Part shown: piece by piece, positions 15,845 to 25,871 of the stretch
How positions within the stretch are numbered: the stretch's first letter is position 1
How the letters are laid out: every line of letters starts with the position of its first letter
IMG/VR virus record: IMGVR_UViG_3300027820_000556
Location: 1 to 36,048 of that record
Length of the DNA: 36,048 nucleotides
DNA from: a virus
Taxonomy: Duplodnaviria > Caudoviricetes
Direction: 5' to 3' (one strand)
Notes under the pieces: generated by a model
Told to the model about the DNA's origin: nothing
Databases searched by the model: none
The model's input: only the letters and a program-made list of their open reading frames with translations
Position numbers and translations under genes: made by a program

Positions 15845-16941
15845 CAGTTCTAAACGTAAAAAACTCGCCGTTTAATGCCGCTGGAGACGGTGCCACCGAT
15901 GATCGTCTTGCCATTCAGGCCGCTTTGGATGCCTGGATGCCGGGCGACGAAGTGTATCTCCCTGCGGGCGATTACCTGATCGGGCCGCCTCCGACGCCTT
16001 ATGCGGCTCTCCTGGCTCCTGCGGGGATCACGTTCTACGGCGACGGCGTTGGGAAAAGCGAGATGACTCTTTCTCCCTACGCCCTCCCGGAAACCAAGCT
16101 ATTCGAGTTGGAGAATTATTCGACGCAAAACACCGTAACGGACCTTACGTTCCACGGAAACGGGGCGCTCAAGGACTATGACGCCGAAGGGGAGTTACTT
16201 CACGGCCTGCATGTCAGCCGTTCGCGCTTTCAGAGGCTCGAATTCTACGGCGCTGTTTCCGAGGGAATCGACCTGGACTTCCCGGACCATTGCTTGATCG
16301 AGGATGTTTATGGCGAGGACTGCGGCGGCGATCTTATCCACGGCGGCGCGAATTATTCCGCCATCTACAACCGCGTTCATCGCGTAACGGCGGTCAACTG
16401 CGCCCATCGCAGGGCAGATGCGGGTGCCAGCGAAGCTTACGCCATTCATCTAAGTGGCGATGTAAACAGCTTTGTTGACGTGATGGCCCTTAATTGTGCC
16501 AACGGGGTCGGAACGATTCAAGGCTTTGGCAGTCGCATCATCGGGGCCTATGTCGAGGGCGGCGAGATTGGTATTCACGGCGGCGGGGCCTTGGTTCAAA
16601 GCTGCGTCACGAAGGGTTGTAACAGTCGGGGCATCGTCGCGGCGGAAAGCGCCATTGGGAACACGATCCTAGGCGAAGGCGTTACCAATGTCGGGATCGG
16701 GATTACCTCGACGGACGCCATTGCTTCGGACAACCGGATTTATGGTTGTCAGTATAACGGCATCGCTGTGACTTCGCCGAACGCCTTGAACGGGTCCCTA
16801 ACAGGCAACATCATCTTCGGCTCCGCACAATACGCGGTTCACTTCAATTCCAACCAGACCGGCTGGGTCGTCGATAACAACGCATGGAACGGCTCGCCGG
16901 TCCTCTTGCCGACAGACGTTTTCGGGACAAACCGAGCTTAA
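15841..16941 (+). CDS. Pectate-lyase-like right-handed beta-helix (spike/depolymerase)
   Basis: NVK..FNAAGDGATDDRLAIQAALD...VYLPAGDY N-terminus followed by beta-helix repeats. Confidence 0.85.
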   Translation: MTVLNVKNSPFNAAGDGATDDRLAIQAALDAWMPGDEVYLPAGDYLIGPPPTPYAALLAPAGITFYGDGVGKSEMTLSPYALPETKLFELENYSTQNTVTDLTFHGNGALKDYDAEGELLHGLHVSRSRFQRLEFYGAVSEGIDLDFPDHCLIEDVYGEDCGGDLIHGGANYSAIYNRVHRVTAVNCAHRRADAGASEAYAIHLSGDVNSFVDVMALNCANGVGTIQGFGSRIIGAYVEGGEIGIHGGGALVQSCVTKGCNSRGIVAAESAIGNTILGEGVTNVGIGITSTDAIASDNRIYGCQYNGIAVTSPNALNGSLTGNIIFGSAQYAVHFNSNQTGWVVDNNAWNGSPVLLPTDVFGTNRA

Positions 16942-16963
16942 ACACACATCAGGAGTTAGTTTT

Positions 16964-17893
16964 ATGGAAGAGCCAACCGGCGTCATTGACGCAGTTGCAG
17001 ACGAAGCGGATGCGGTAAAAACCATCCCAGACACGGAAGAAGTTGAGCAGGCTTCCGAGGAAGATCGGGAGCCAACTGAACAGAAAGAGGCATCCGAAGA
17101 TGCTGACGAAGAAGGCGAAGATGGGGAAGAAGAAGCCGTTGAAATGCGTGAATTTGATTTCGGCGGCAATAAGATCGAGGTTCCGGTTTCTGACATTACG
17201 CCCGAACTTGCGGACAAGATCGACGAGTTTTCCAAGGGAATCTGGTCGGACTACACCCGCAAGTCGCAGGCCCATGCAGAGAGGGAAAAGACACTATCCG
17301 AACAAGAGCAGGCCGTAGCAAAGATTTCAGCTTTGAACGGCGAAACCCTTGAGAAGTATTCTCAGGGCCTGCAATTACGTGCGGAGATTGAGCAGCTTAA
17401 AGCGGTTGATCTAAACGCGTTATGGGAGGCGGACCCTGATCAGGGGCGCCGTGTTTCTGACGCCTTAGCGCAAAAGCTCGCAGATTTCCAAGGCATTGTT
17501 AATGAGGTTGACCAGCAAGAAAAGGCCACCCGTGCCGCGCAGCAAGCAGAGCTTGCCCGGCGCGCCGAGGAAGGCCGAGCCTTGTTGGACAAGCAAATCA
17601 AGAACTTCTCGACAGAAAAGGCGCCGGAATTGGTGTCTTACGTTGTCAAGGAGTTTGGCATAAGCCAAGCAGACGCGGACCAGTGGGCCTTGAACCCACC
17701 CGTTGCCCGCATGGCCTATGAGTCAATGCTTTATCGCCGGATGCAGGCCAAGGCTAAGACGCCTACAGCAGCGCCAGCCAAATCCAAGCCAGTGAAAGCC
17801 ATGAAGAACAAGGGCGGGGCAAGCGGACGTTCCGCAGACCCGGACAAGTGGAGCACGGCAGAATTGCGTAAGGAATTGGGCCTGGCATCGTAA
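16964..17893 (+). CDS. Scaffolding protein
   Basis: Acidic N-terminus, DYTRKSQ motif, helical; immediately upstream of the coat gene. Confidence 0.8.
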   Translation: MEEPTGVIDAVADEADAVKTIPDTEEVEQASEEDREPTEQKEASEDADEEGEDGEEEAVEMREFDFGGNKIEVPVSDITPELADKIDEFSKGIWSDYTRKSQAHAEREKTLSEQEQAVAKISALNGETLEKYSQGLQLRAEIEQLKAVDLNALWEADPDQGRRVSDALAQKLADFQGIVNEVDQQEKATRAAQQAELARRAEEGRALLDKQIKNFSTEKAPELVSYVVKEFGISQADADQWALNPPVARMAYESMLYRRMQAKAKTPTAAPAKSKPVKAMKNKGGASGRSADPDKWSTAELRKELGLAS

Positions 17894-17932
17894 TAGCACG
17901 GCCAAGAGGCCAAACAGAATGGAAACAAAACA

Positions 17933-19165
17933 ATGGCTAACACGACCTTAACTGCATCTATTATCGCCAAAACGGCGGTGATGCAGCTTGACAACGAGCT
18001 TGTGATGGCGAAAAAGGTTTTTCGCGGTTACGAAGAGGAATTTTCTAAAAATATCAACGGTTACGAGGTTGGTTCCTCGATTTCCGTCAAGCGCCCGATG
18101 GACTTCACGGTCCGAACCGGCGCCGTGATGAATGTCCAGGATACCACGGAAGGCAAGTTTACCCTTGATGTCGATCAGCGTAAGGGTATCGACTTTGAGT
18201 TTACATCCCAGGAATTGACGCTTTCGATCAAGGAATTGAACGAGCGCGTCATTAAGCCTGCCATGATTCAGCTTGCGAACGATATCGACAGCTCGCTTAT
18301 GGCGGAATACAAGAACGTCCCGTCTTGGGTGGGAACGCCCGGTCAAACCATCAACAGCAACCAGGACTTTGCCAAGGGTCCGGAGCGTATGGACGAATAT
18401 GCAAACCCGCAGGATTCGCGCTGTTCCGTTCTTTCCCCGGCTGACCATTGGGGGCTTGTTGGGGCACAGACTGCCTTGCTGAACGACCGCCTTGTTGGCT
18501 CTGCCTATCGCAAGGGTTCGCTCGGCGAAATTGGCGGCGTTGACACGTACATGTCTCAGAATGTTCCGACTCATACGGTCGGAGCCCACGCAGGCACGCC
18601 GTTAACGAACGGCGCGGCCCAAGAGACGACGTACGCGGCATCGAAGGACACCGACACCCAGACGCTTATTACGGACGGTTGGTCTAGCGGTGCGACAACG
18701 CTTAACGCTGGTGACGTGTTTACGATTGCCGACGTTTATGCCGTTAACCCTGTTACCAAGGCAACGCTTCCTTTCTTGAAGCAATTCCGGGTGGTGACCA
18801 CCATCAGCGATACCACGGGCGACATTACGCTTACTATGTCCCCGGCGGCTATTCTGACGGGTGCCCACCAGAACATCTCCGCGACCATCGGGGATGGTAA
18901 GGCGATTACCGTTGTCGGAACGGCTTCGACCGGATACCGGCAAAACATGGTTTTCTGCCCGAAAGCCTTTGCTTTGGTTTCTGTCCCGCTTGTGGCCCCT
19001 CCGGGAGCCGTTGACGTTTCGCGCCAGTCTTACAAGGGAACGCATGTTCGCGTGATTCCCGTCTATGACGGCACGAACGACATCTCGAAATGGCGGCTGG
19101 ACGTTCTCTATGGCGTGAAAACCATCGACTCGCGTTTGGCCCATCGCATCAGCGGCACCGCATAG
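17933..19165 (+). CDS. Major capsid protein, P22 gp5-like
   Basis: MAN..LT...I, PAMIQLANDID and RLDVLYG motifs; 410 aa. Confidence 0.93.
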   Translation: MANTTLTASIIAKTAVMQLDNELVMAKKVFRGYEEEFSKNINGYEVGSSISVKRPMDFTVRTGAVMNVQDTTEGKFTLDVDQRKGIDFEFTSQELTLSIKELNERVIKPAMIQLANDIDSSLMAEYKNVPSWVGTPGQTINSNQDFAKGPERMDEYANPQDSRCSVLSPADHWGLVGAQTALLNDRLVGSAYRKGSLGEIGGVDTYMSQNVPTHTVGAHAGTPLTNGAAQETTYAASKDTDTQTLITDGWSSGATTLNAGDVFTIADVYAVNPVTKATLPFLKQFRVVTTISDTTGDITLTMSPAAILTGAHQNISATIGDGKAITVVGTASTGYRQNMVFCPKAFALVSVPLVAPPGAVDVSRQSYKGTHVRVIPVYDGTNDISKWRLDVLYGVKTIDSRLAHRISGTA

Positions 19166-19188
19166 GCACAAAGAAAAGGAGTTATACT

Positions 19189-19404
19189 ATGACTGTAGAA
19201 TACATCGGAGACGGGAACACTGACGGGACCGTCCTCGGGTCGTCCGCTACGGAGAAAATTGGTTTCTTCGGGGCGACTCCTGTAGTGCAGGTCGCCATGA
19301 CCGCCGTTGCCACGGCGACCGCGACGACCGCGCTTAATGAACTCAAGATCAACCGCGTAATCGCGGCCCTTGCTTCGCTTGGGCTCACGACTACCGGGGG
19401 CTAG
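19189..19404 (+). CDS. Small capsid decoration-like protein
   Basis: DGTVLGSSATEKIGFFGATPVVQ; AAGGAG RBS; follows the coat gene. Confidence 0.7.
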   Translation: MTVEYIGDGNTDGTVLGSSATEKIGFFGATPVVQVAMTAVATATATTALNELKINRVIAALASLGLTTTGG

Positions 19405-19416
19405 TGGAGGGGGCCG

Positions 19417-20730
19417 TTGTCAGTCTTTCATTATGATGGCGGCCCTCCCGCCACAGGCCAAAAGGTGATGCTTGCAACTACGGCGTACGATTGCCCGGAC
19501 GCAAGCTACACTTACTCAATAGCAAGCAGCCGGGAGGCAATGACGGCGGCAGGGATACAATCTGCCTATGTCTTGCTTTCCGGCAATTGCCACGTTGACG
19601 ACGCCAGGAATAGCGTTGTCCATGAATTTCTGCAATCCGATTGCACGGACCTCGTTTTCCTCGACGCCGATGTTTCGTGGGATGATGGCGATCTGGTTGC
19701 GCTGTGCCAATACGACCTTGATTTGGTCGGCGGCGTTTATTGCTACCGCCGCGAGGACGTTCGGGCCAAGGGCGGCATGCCCTATCGCTTTTTACCGGGG
19801 GCAAAACCCAAGGACGGGCTTCTTGAGGTTGAGGGGTTGCCTACCGGGTTTATGCGCCTTCGCCGAGTTGTTATAGAAACCCTCGCGGAGCAGTCCCGGA
19901 CGTTTGATAGTGCCAAAGACCGCCGCGACGGCGTACCGCTTATATTTGAGCGCACCCTTGAAGATGGGACGCGCTGGGGCGGTGACTTGAATATGTGCAA
20001 CAAATGGCGGGCAACGGGCGGGAAAATATACGCCGCTACGGAAATGCGCCTTGGACACGTATGCAAAACGGTTCTAGTGGACAGCTTGGCCGCCAATCTT
20101 CGTCGGGCGTCCGGTCAAACGCTTAGGCATGTTGCGGACTGCATACGATCTGGAACGGAAGAGCCTGGCCTTTATACAGAAGCAATGGAGTTTGTCGATA
20201 ACCCGTGGGGTGCCGACGAAGAGGTCTTAATGCTATCGGTCGGCATCGCTAGGCAGGCAGACGGCCCGATCATCGAGGCGGGCTCGGGTCTGACGACCGT
20301 TCTTATGGCGGCGGCAACCAAAGAGACGGTGTTTTGCATTGAGCATGACCCGGTTTTTGCCGGACGGCTGAAAGCCCTCTCGGCATCTGCAGGGGTAACA
20401 AATATAGCTATTGTCCGGTGCGACATCAAAGACGGATGGTATGACATTTCGGAGGATGCTGACAGCCTGCCGGAATCCTTTGCCCTAGGGCTGAACGATG
20501 GACCGCCTCGCCAATTAGGGGATCGGATGCGGTTCTTTGATGTTTTCGGCGCCCGCTGCAAAATCATTTTGGCGGACGATGCAGACGACCCAGATTATGC
20601 GAAGAAAATATCCAAATGGGGTAAGTCAAAAGGCCGGGCCGTAAAATTTCCCGATTTGCGCGCAGCTATCATTAGTGGAGATATTGAAAATGCCACGCAA
20701 GAAAAAGCCAAGCAAACCGACCGAGCCTAA
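19417..20730 (+). CDS. GT-A glycosyltransferase fused to a class I SAM methyltransferase-like domain
   Basis: ARN..V..FL...LVFLDAD (DxD), PTGFM, D..MC.KW...GH; then IIEAGSGLTT, CIEHD and NDGPP. Confidence 0.8.
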   Translation: MSVFHYDGGPPATGQKVMLATTAYDCPDASYTYSIASSREAMTAAGIQSAYVLLSGNCHVDDARNSVVHEFLQSDCTDLVFLDADVSWDDGDLVALCQYDLDLVGGVYCYRREDVRAKGGMPYRFLPGAKPKDGLLEVEGLPTGFMRLRRVVIETLAEQSRTFDSAKDRRDGVPLIFERTLEDGTRWGGDLNMCNKWRATGGKIYAATEMRLGHVCKTVLVDSLAANLRRASGQTLRHVADCIRSGTEEPGLYTEAMEFVDNPWGADEEVLMLSVGIARQADGPIIEAGSGLTTVLMAAATKETVFCIEHDPVFAGRLKALSASAGVTNIAIVRCDIKDGWYDISEDADSLPESFALGLNDGPPRQLGDRMRFFDVFGARCKIILADDADDPDYAKKISKWGKSKGRAVKFPDLRAAIISGDIENATQEKAKQTDRA

Positions 20731-20932
20731 AGAGCCGGTTACAGGCGACGAGCCAACCAGAGTCAAGGTCGCGGACGGCCCCACAACGGGCTATCGCGAC
20801 GGCCAGGGCGGCGCCGTGGAAACGGCCAACTTCCCCGACGGGTGGCTCCCGGCAGGCTGGGAGGATTCCCCGGCGAAATGCAAAAACTGTGACGGAAAAT
20901 CCCACCCTGAATATGTGCAGGTCGAAGCATGA
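20690..20932 (+). CDS. Hypothetical protein
   Basis: 80 aa; LPAGWEDSP; ATGA-coupled to the next gene. Confidence 0.6.
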   Translation: MPRKKKPSKPTEPKEPVTGDEPTRVKVADGPTTGYRDGQGGAVETANFPDGWLPAGWEDSPAKCKNCDGKSHPEYVQVEA

Positions 20933-21648
20933 CCCTTTTATCCATAGCGAACGATGTAGCCGACGAGACAAAAGGCCCGCGTCCGGCGACTATCGTGGGT
21001 AATACGAGCCCTGACGCGCAAAATATTCTCCGTGTCATTAATCGCGTCGGCATCAATCTCATGCGAGCCTATGGCTGGAATGTTCTCCGCAAGGAGCAGA
21101 CATTTACATCGGTTTCCGGGGAGGAGCAGACCGGGGCGCTGCCGAGTGATTTTGACAGGTTTGTTCCGGAGACATTTTGGGACCGAGACAGCAACAACCT
21201 TATGTCCGGCCCGGTTTCGCCTGTAGAATGGGCGGGCTTGAAGGTTCAGACGTTTTCCAGCCAGAACAAGAAGTTTACCCATCGCGGGGGGTCCATATTC
21301 ACCCAGCCAGAGTTGGGGGCTGGCGTTAACATGGCGTTCGAGTATATCTCAAAGAACTGGTGCCAGGATTCATCTTCGACCGCGCAGGCCAAATTTGCGG
21401 CGGATGATGACACGGCCATTATTGACGAGGACTTGATCACCTACGGCGCTATTTTTGAGTGGCTGGATGCGGAGGGGCAGCCTTCCGCAAGGGCCGCGAG
21501 GGCGTATGAAAAATATTTCAACCTATTGGTTGATAACGAGCGCGCAACCGCCGATATCCTTGTTTCTGGGGATGTTTTTGCACAGAACACGCGACACTTT
21601 GAGGGTGCGCCAAAACCGTCGCGGGCAAGCTATGGTGGGGATTTTTAG
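20929..21648 (+). CDS. Head-tail adaptor (tail tubular protein A-like)
   Basis: MTLLSI...W..L.K...LPSDFDRF..T.WDR; position in the structural operon. Confidence 0.75.
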   Translation: MTLLSIANDVADETKGPRPATIVGNTSPDAQNILRVINRVGINLMRAYGWNVLRKEQTFTSVSGEEQTGALPSDFDRFVPETFWDRDSNNLMSGPVSPVEWAGLKVQTFSSQNKKFTHRGGSIFTQPELGAGVNMAFEYISKNWCQDSSSTAQAKFAADDDTAIIDEDLITYGAIFEWLDAEGQPSARAARAYEKYFNLLVDNERATADILVSGDVFAQNTRHFEGAPKPSRASYGGDF

Positions 21649-23159
21649 TGCGAAGCACGTCGAAAACGCTCCCCCCGCCTATTAACGGCTGGGACACGCG
21701 CACGGCCCTTTCTGATATGCCGCCAGACCATGCCATCGTATTGGACAACTGGTTCCCGGAAACGGATCGAGTGACGGTTCGCCGTGGGAATACGTCCCAC
21801 GCAACGGGCATGAGCGGCGCCGTGGAAACGCTTATCGAGTATGTCCCCCTAACGGCATCCGGTAAGATGTTCGCCGCAAACGATGGGAATATATACGACG
21901 TAACTTCTCCTGGCGCGGTTGGTGCGGCGGTGGTCACGGGTATGTCGAGCGACCGGTGGCAACAAGTCCAAATCGGCACGGCAGCCGGGCAATATGTCAG
22001 GCTTTTCAATGGCCTGGATACGCCACAGGTCTATGACGGATCGACATGGGGCACGACCCCGGCGATCACCGGGCCGACGGCTGCAAGCCTTGTTTGGGGG
22101 AACGTCCATCAGAAACGCCTTTGGTTTGGCGAAAAAGACAGCCTTTCGGCGTGGTATCTCGCAGTTAATAGTGTTGGCGGCGCAGCTACGGAGTTTCCGC
22201 TTGCCGGGATCGCGCGCCTCGGCGGATATCTCGTCGGTATGGGGACGTGGACGCGGGACGCAGGCGATGGAATGGACGACGTTGCCGTATTCCTCACGTC
22301 GGAAGGCGAGGCCATCGTTTATCAGGGTACGGACCCGGCTTCGGCGTCGGCGTGGTCCCTGGTCGGTGTTTTCAGAATAGGGAAACCCATCGGCAGGCGG
22401 TGCTTTGTGAAGGCTGGCGCGGATTTAATCCTTGTCACACAAGACGGCTTTGTGCCCCTAGCGGCCATTCTGACCTTAGACCGGAGCCAGGCGAGGCTCG
22501 CCGCAATTTCGGACCAAATCAACCGCGCCGTCAACGACGCCGTTCGAGACTATGGGGCTCTATTTGGCTGGGAGCCGATTGTTTACCCAAGGGGCCGGAT
22601 GCTCGTTTTTAACATTCCGCAATCGACTACAACCGCGCACCAATACGTTTTCAATACGATCACCGGAGCCCCATGCAGGTTTACCGGCATTAACGCGAAA
22701 TGTTTCGCGTTGCTAAACGATAGCGCATATTGGGGCGGCTCTGACGGGGTTGTATATAAATTCGACGATGGCGTAAGTGACGACGGCGCAAACATCGAAG
22801 CCGATGCTTTGCAGGCGTTTAACTATTTCGGCTCCCCGCAGTCAAACAAGGTTTTCAAATTAGTGGAGCCAATCTTCCAAAGCGATGGGGCCGCCGCCCC
22901 GGCAATTGACCTGAATACGGACTTTAATATCACGACGCCGACAGGCGTGGCAACGGCGCCAACTGTAGCGTCTGGCCTTTGGAATGTGATGAAGTGGAAT
23001 CAGGGAATTTGGGGGGGTGATGACCAGATATACCGTGGGTGGCATGGCGTTCGCGGGACCGGAAGGGCTGCGGCCATTCGTATTCGTGTAAACACAAACT
23101 CCCCACGTCCGTCATGGATTTCAACAAACTTTACCTTTGTCAGAGGCGGGCAATTGTAA
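21648..23159 (+). CDS. Tail nozzle / DNA stabilisation protein (P22 gp10-like)
   Basis: 503 aa, beta-propeller-like; PP..GW....A..LDNWFP N-terminus. Confidence 0.78.
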   Translation: MRSTSKTLPPPINGWDTRTALSDMPPDHAIVLDNWFPETDRVTVRRGNTSHATGMSGAVETLIEYVPLTASGKMFAANDGNIYDVTSPGAVGAAVVTGMSSDRWQQVQIGTAAGQYVRLFNGLDTPQVYDGSTWGTTPAITGPTAASLVWGNVHQKRLWFGEKDSLSAWYLAVNSVGGAATEFPLAGIARLGGYLVGMGTWTRDAGDGMDDVAVFLTSEGEAIVYQGTDPASASAWSLVGVFRIGKPIGRRCFVKAGADLILVTQDGFVPLAAILTLDRSQARLAAISDQINRAVNDAVRDYGALFGWEPIVYPRGRMLVFNIPQSTTTAHQYVFNTITGAPCRFTGINAKCFALLNDSAYWGGSDGVVYKFDDGVSDDGANIEADALQAFNYFGSPQSNKVFKLVEPIFQSDGAAAPAIDLNTDFNITTPTGVATAPTVASGLWNVMKWNQGIWGGDDQIYRGWHGVRGTGRAAAIRIRVNTNSPRPSWISTNFTFVRGGQL

Positions 23160-23603
23160 ATGCTGCTTTATGGCGAGGACGAAGCCGTTGCCGAGTGGAC
23201 GGCGGCGCGTATTCCCCACGCAGACGGATTCGGCCCCTTTGCGGCAATTGGCGTAACGATTGGGGAAAAGATGGTGGCCGGGTGGGTTTACCATGACTAC
23301 CAGCCAAAGGCTGGGACCATACAGCTAAGCGCGGCGTCCGATACGCCGGTTTGGGCAAGGCCAAATGTTCTTGCAGAGCTTCTGGCATACCCGTTCCGGC
23401 AGATGGGCTGCTTTAAGGTTTACACGGTAACGCCTCACAGAAACGAACGGACTTTGAAGGCAAATGCTAGGATAGGCTTCAAGAAAGAGGCAGTCCTGGC
23501 ACACCATCTTGGTAAGAAAAACCACGCCGTCATCTGCCGGATGCTGCGACCTGATTTTGAACATATTTATAATAGGGAACTAGGCAATGGGACTTTTTTC
23601 TAA
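23160..23603 (+). CDS. GNAT-fold virion assembly protein
   Basis: YPF.Q.GC...N......RIGFKKE acetyltransferase-like motif between the nozzle and ejection genes. Confidence 0.75.
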   Translation: MLLYGEDEAVAEWTAARIPHADGFGPFAAIGVTIGEKMVAGWVYHDYQPKAGTIQLSAASDTPVWARPNVLAELLAYPFRQMGCFKVYTVTPHRNERTLKANARIGFKKEAVLAHHLGKKNHAVICRMLRPDFEHIYNRELGNGTFF

Positions 23604-24663
23604 GGACTCGCCGTCACAACCGGCTCCACCCGACCCGCTTAAAACGGCACAGGCGCAAGGCGCGATTAACAAGGACGCGGCCATTGCGTCCGCAGAAATG
23701 AGCATGGTCAATCAGGACACGCCCTATGGCAGCCTGAAATTTGGGCAGACTGGCACGTCTGCATCGGGGAACCCGATTTACACGGCGACGCAAACGCTTT
23801 CTCCGGAACAGCAGGTGCTTTTTGACCTGTCCTCAAGCGCCGGTCAAAAATTTGGGGAAACGGCGAACACGCAATTGGACAATGTTCGCGGGGCGCTTGA
23901 GTCTCCGCTAGACTTTTCCGCCCTTGGGGCTGCACCCGTCGCAAACGAGGCGACTCGAACGGCATCAAGGGACGCCATGCTTGCCCGGTTGCAACCGCAG
24001 TTTGAACGCGACGAAAACGCCTTAAAAACGTCGTTAATCAACCAGGGGTTTGTAGCCGGGTCGGAGGGGTACAATCAGGGCCTTGATGAATTTAACCGAT
24101 CCCGGAACGACGCCTATCTTGCCGCCGACGCCCGCGCTGGCGACGAAATGGCGCGTGCGTTCGGTCTTGAGGCAAACGCACGGGACAGGGCCGTCAATGA
24201 ATTAACCCAAAGCCGCGCTCAGCCACTAAACGAATTGGCGGCGATGTTGTCCGGGGCACAGGTGCAGAACCCATCTTTTATCAACGCGCCGCAAACCAGC
24301 GTTACGCCTGCCGACTTAATGGGGGCGACATATGCTAGTGGGAACCTTGCAAATCAGAACTACGCGCAATCCATGGCGAATGACAGAGCGACAACACAAG
24401 GCTTGTTTGGCCTTGCTGGTACCGGCATCGGCGGCCTGGCCATGAACGGCTGGGCTTTTTCGGACCGCCGCTTGAAACGGGACATCGAGAAAATAGGAAC
24501 GCTCGATAACGGTCTAAACGTCTATGTGTTTTCATATATAGGCGACGATCTTCTTGAGACGCATATCGGCCTTATGGCGGATGAGGTGAAAGAACTACAC
24601 CCGGAAGCTGTAAAATCCATTAATGGATATGATGCGGTGAACTACTCGGAGGCGGTGCGATGA
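23587..24663 (+). CDS. Ejection-like protein with a C-terminal S74 intramolecular chaperone domain
   Basis: Gln/Ala-rich body; SDRRLKRDI...IGLMADEV...PEAV...Y.AVNY. Confidence 0.8.
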   Translation: MGLFSKDSPSQPAPPDPLKTAQAQGAINKDAAIASAEMSMVNQDTPYGSLKFGQTGTSASGNPIYTATQTLSPEQQVLFDLSSSAGQKFGETANTQLDNVRGALESPLDFSALGAAPVANEATRTASRDAMLARLQPQFERDENALKTSLINQGFVAGSEGYNQGLDEFNRSRNDAYLAADARAGDEMARAFGLEANARDRAVNELTQSRAQPLNELAAMLSGAQVQNPSFINAPQTSVTPADLMGATYASGNLANQNYAQSMANDRATTQGLFGLAGTGIGGLAMNGWAFSDRRLKRDIEKIGTLDNGLNVYVFSYIGDDLLETHIGLMADEVKELHPEAVKSINGYDAVNYSEAVR

Positions 24664-25871
24664 TTAACAGCCCTGGGGCCTATCTGGCCAGACCAATCAG
24701 CTTGCGAGAAGCCCTTGCGGGCCAGGAGAACTACAACAACGGCACGGCGGCGGGCGGCTTGGCGCACGTTCTACAGCAGGCCCTCGCCGGTAGCCGGGTT
24801 GCAAAGGACCGCAGGCAAATCGACGCGGCGCAAGAGGCGCTTATTAAAGGAATTTCCCCGCAACCGCTCCCGGAAGGCGTTCAGGGACCAGCAGGCCCCG
24901 GAAGCATCGGTCAGGCGGCATCAAATTTGGGCGAGCTTAGTGACAATCCGCACGCCCGGAGCCTTGCGCTTAACCTCGCCCTAAAACAGCAGGCCGATAA
25001 GGAAAGGGCGGGCAATACTCTTGATTCCCGCCGTGCCGCGATGGAAGATTACGCGCTCAAGCTGCAATTAGAGAAAGCTTATGGGGCTGGCGGGAAAACG
25101 CCAGCCAGCATAGCCGAGTGGCAGACGTTCCAGAATATGACGCCGGAGGATCAAAATAGATATCTGACCATGAAGCGCGCAAACCCGTATTTGAATCTAG
25201 GCGGGGAATTGGTGCAGCCCATCCCGACGCAGCCGGGGGTGGCCGGTGGGGGTTTTCAAAAAACCATCCCGCCAGAAAAGCGCCCCGATGCTGTTGCAGA
25301 GGCGGAGGGCGCCAAGGTGGCCGCCGGCGAAGCTGCGAGGCTGGAGGCCGACAAGCCCGCCTTGATGGCAAAAGCAACTGCGGCCTATCAAGACCTAAGC
25401 CGGCAGGCAGGGGTTGTTATATCTACGATTGATAAAGCGGTTAACAAAATTGGCCCGTGGTCAACAGGCTATGGCGCTTTTCTGGACGTGCTGCCGGAAA
25501 CGGACGCCCGCGAGCTAAAGAACTTTCTTGACACGATCCGAGCAAATGTCGGCTTTGACAAATTGCAGCGTATGCGGGACGCATCCCCGACGGGCGGGGC
25601 ATTGGGCCAAGTGTCTGAATTGGAAAACAAATTGCTGCAAGCTACCAGCGGCGCATTGGACGCAAAGCAGCCCGAGCAGTTGCGCGAAAATCTCTTGATT
25701 ATCAAGGATTTATATAACCAAATTTTGGAGGAAAAGCGAGGGGCTTTTAGTGCAGATTTTGGGTCCCCGCCTGATAGTGCAGATTTTTGGTCCCCGCCTG
25801 ATTCGGGATCGAGCCTAAGCGCGGACGAGCAGAAAGAGCTGGAAGCCCTTCGCAAGAGGTTTAACAGATGA
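24660..25871 (+). CDS. Internal virion / DNA ejection protein
   Basis: 403 aa, helical; SPTGGALGQVSE.E motif; position. Confidence 0.7.
   Translation: MINSPGAYLARPISLREALAGQENYNNGTAAGGLAHVLQQALAGSRVAKDRRQIDAAQEALIKGISPQPLPEGVQGPAGPGSIGQAASNLGELSDNPHARSLALNLALKQQADKERAGNTLDSRRAAMEDYALKLQLEKAYGAGGKTPASIAEWQTFQNMTPEDQNRYLTMKRANPYLNLGGELVQPIPTQPGVAGGGFQKTIPPEKRPDAVAEAEGAKVAAGEAARLEADKPALMAKATAAYQDLSRQAGVVISTIDKAVNKIGPWSTGYGAFLDVLPETDARELKNFLDTIRANVGFDKLQRMRDASPTGGALGQVSELENKLLQATSGALDAKQPEQLRENLLIIKDLYNQILEEKRGAFSADFGSPPDSADFWSPPDSGSSLSADEQKELEALRKRFNR
25748..25801 (+). repeat. 27-bp in-frame tandem duplication
   Basis: TAGTGCAGATTTT(G/T)GGTCCCCGCCTGA twice, one mismatch. Confidence 0.9.
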
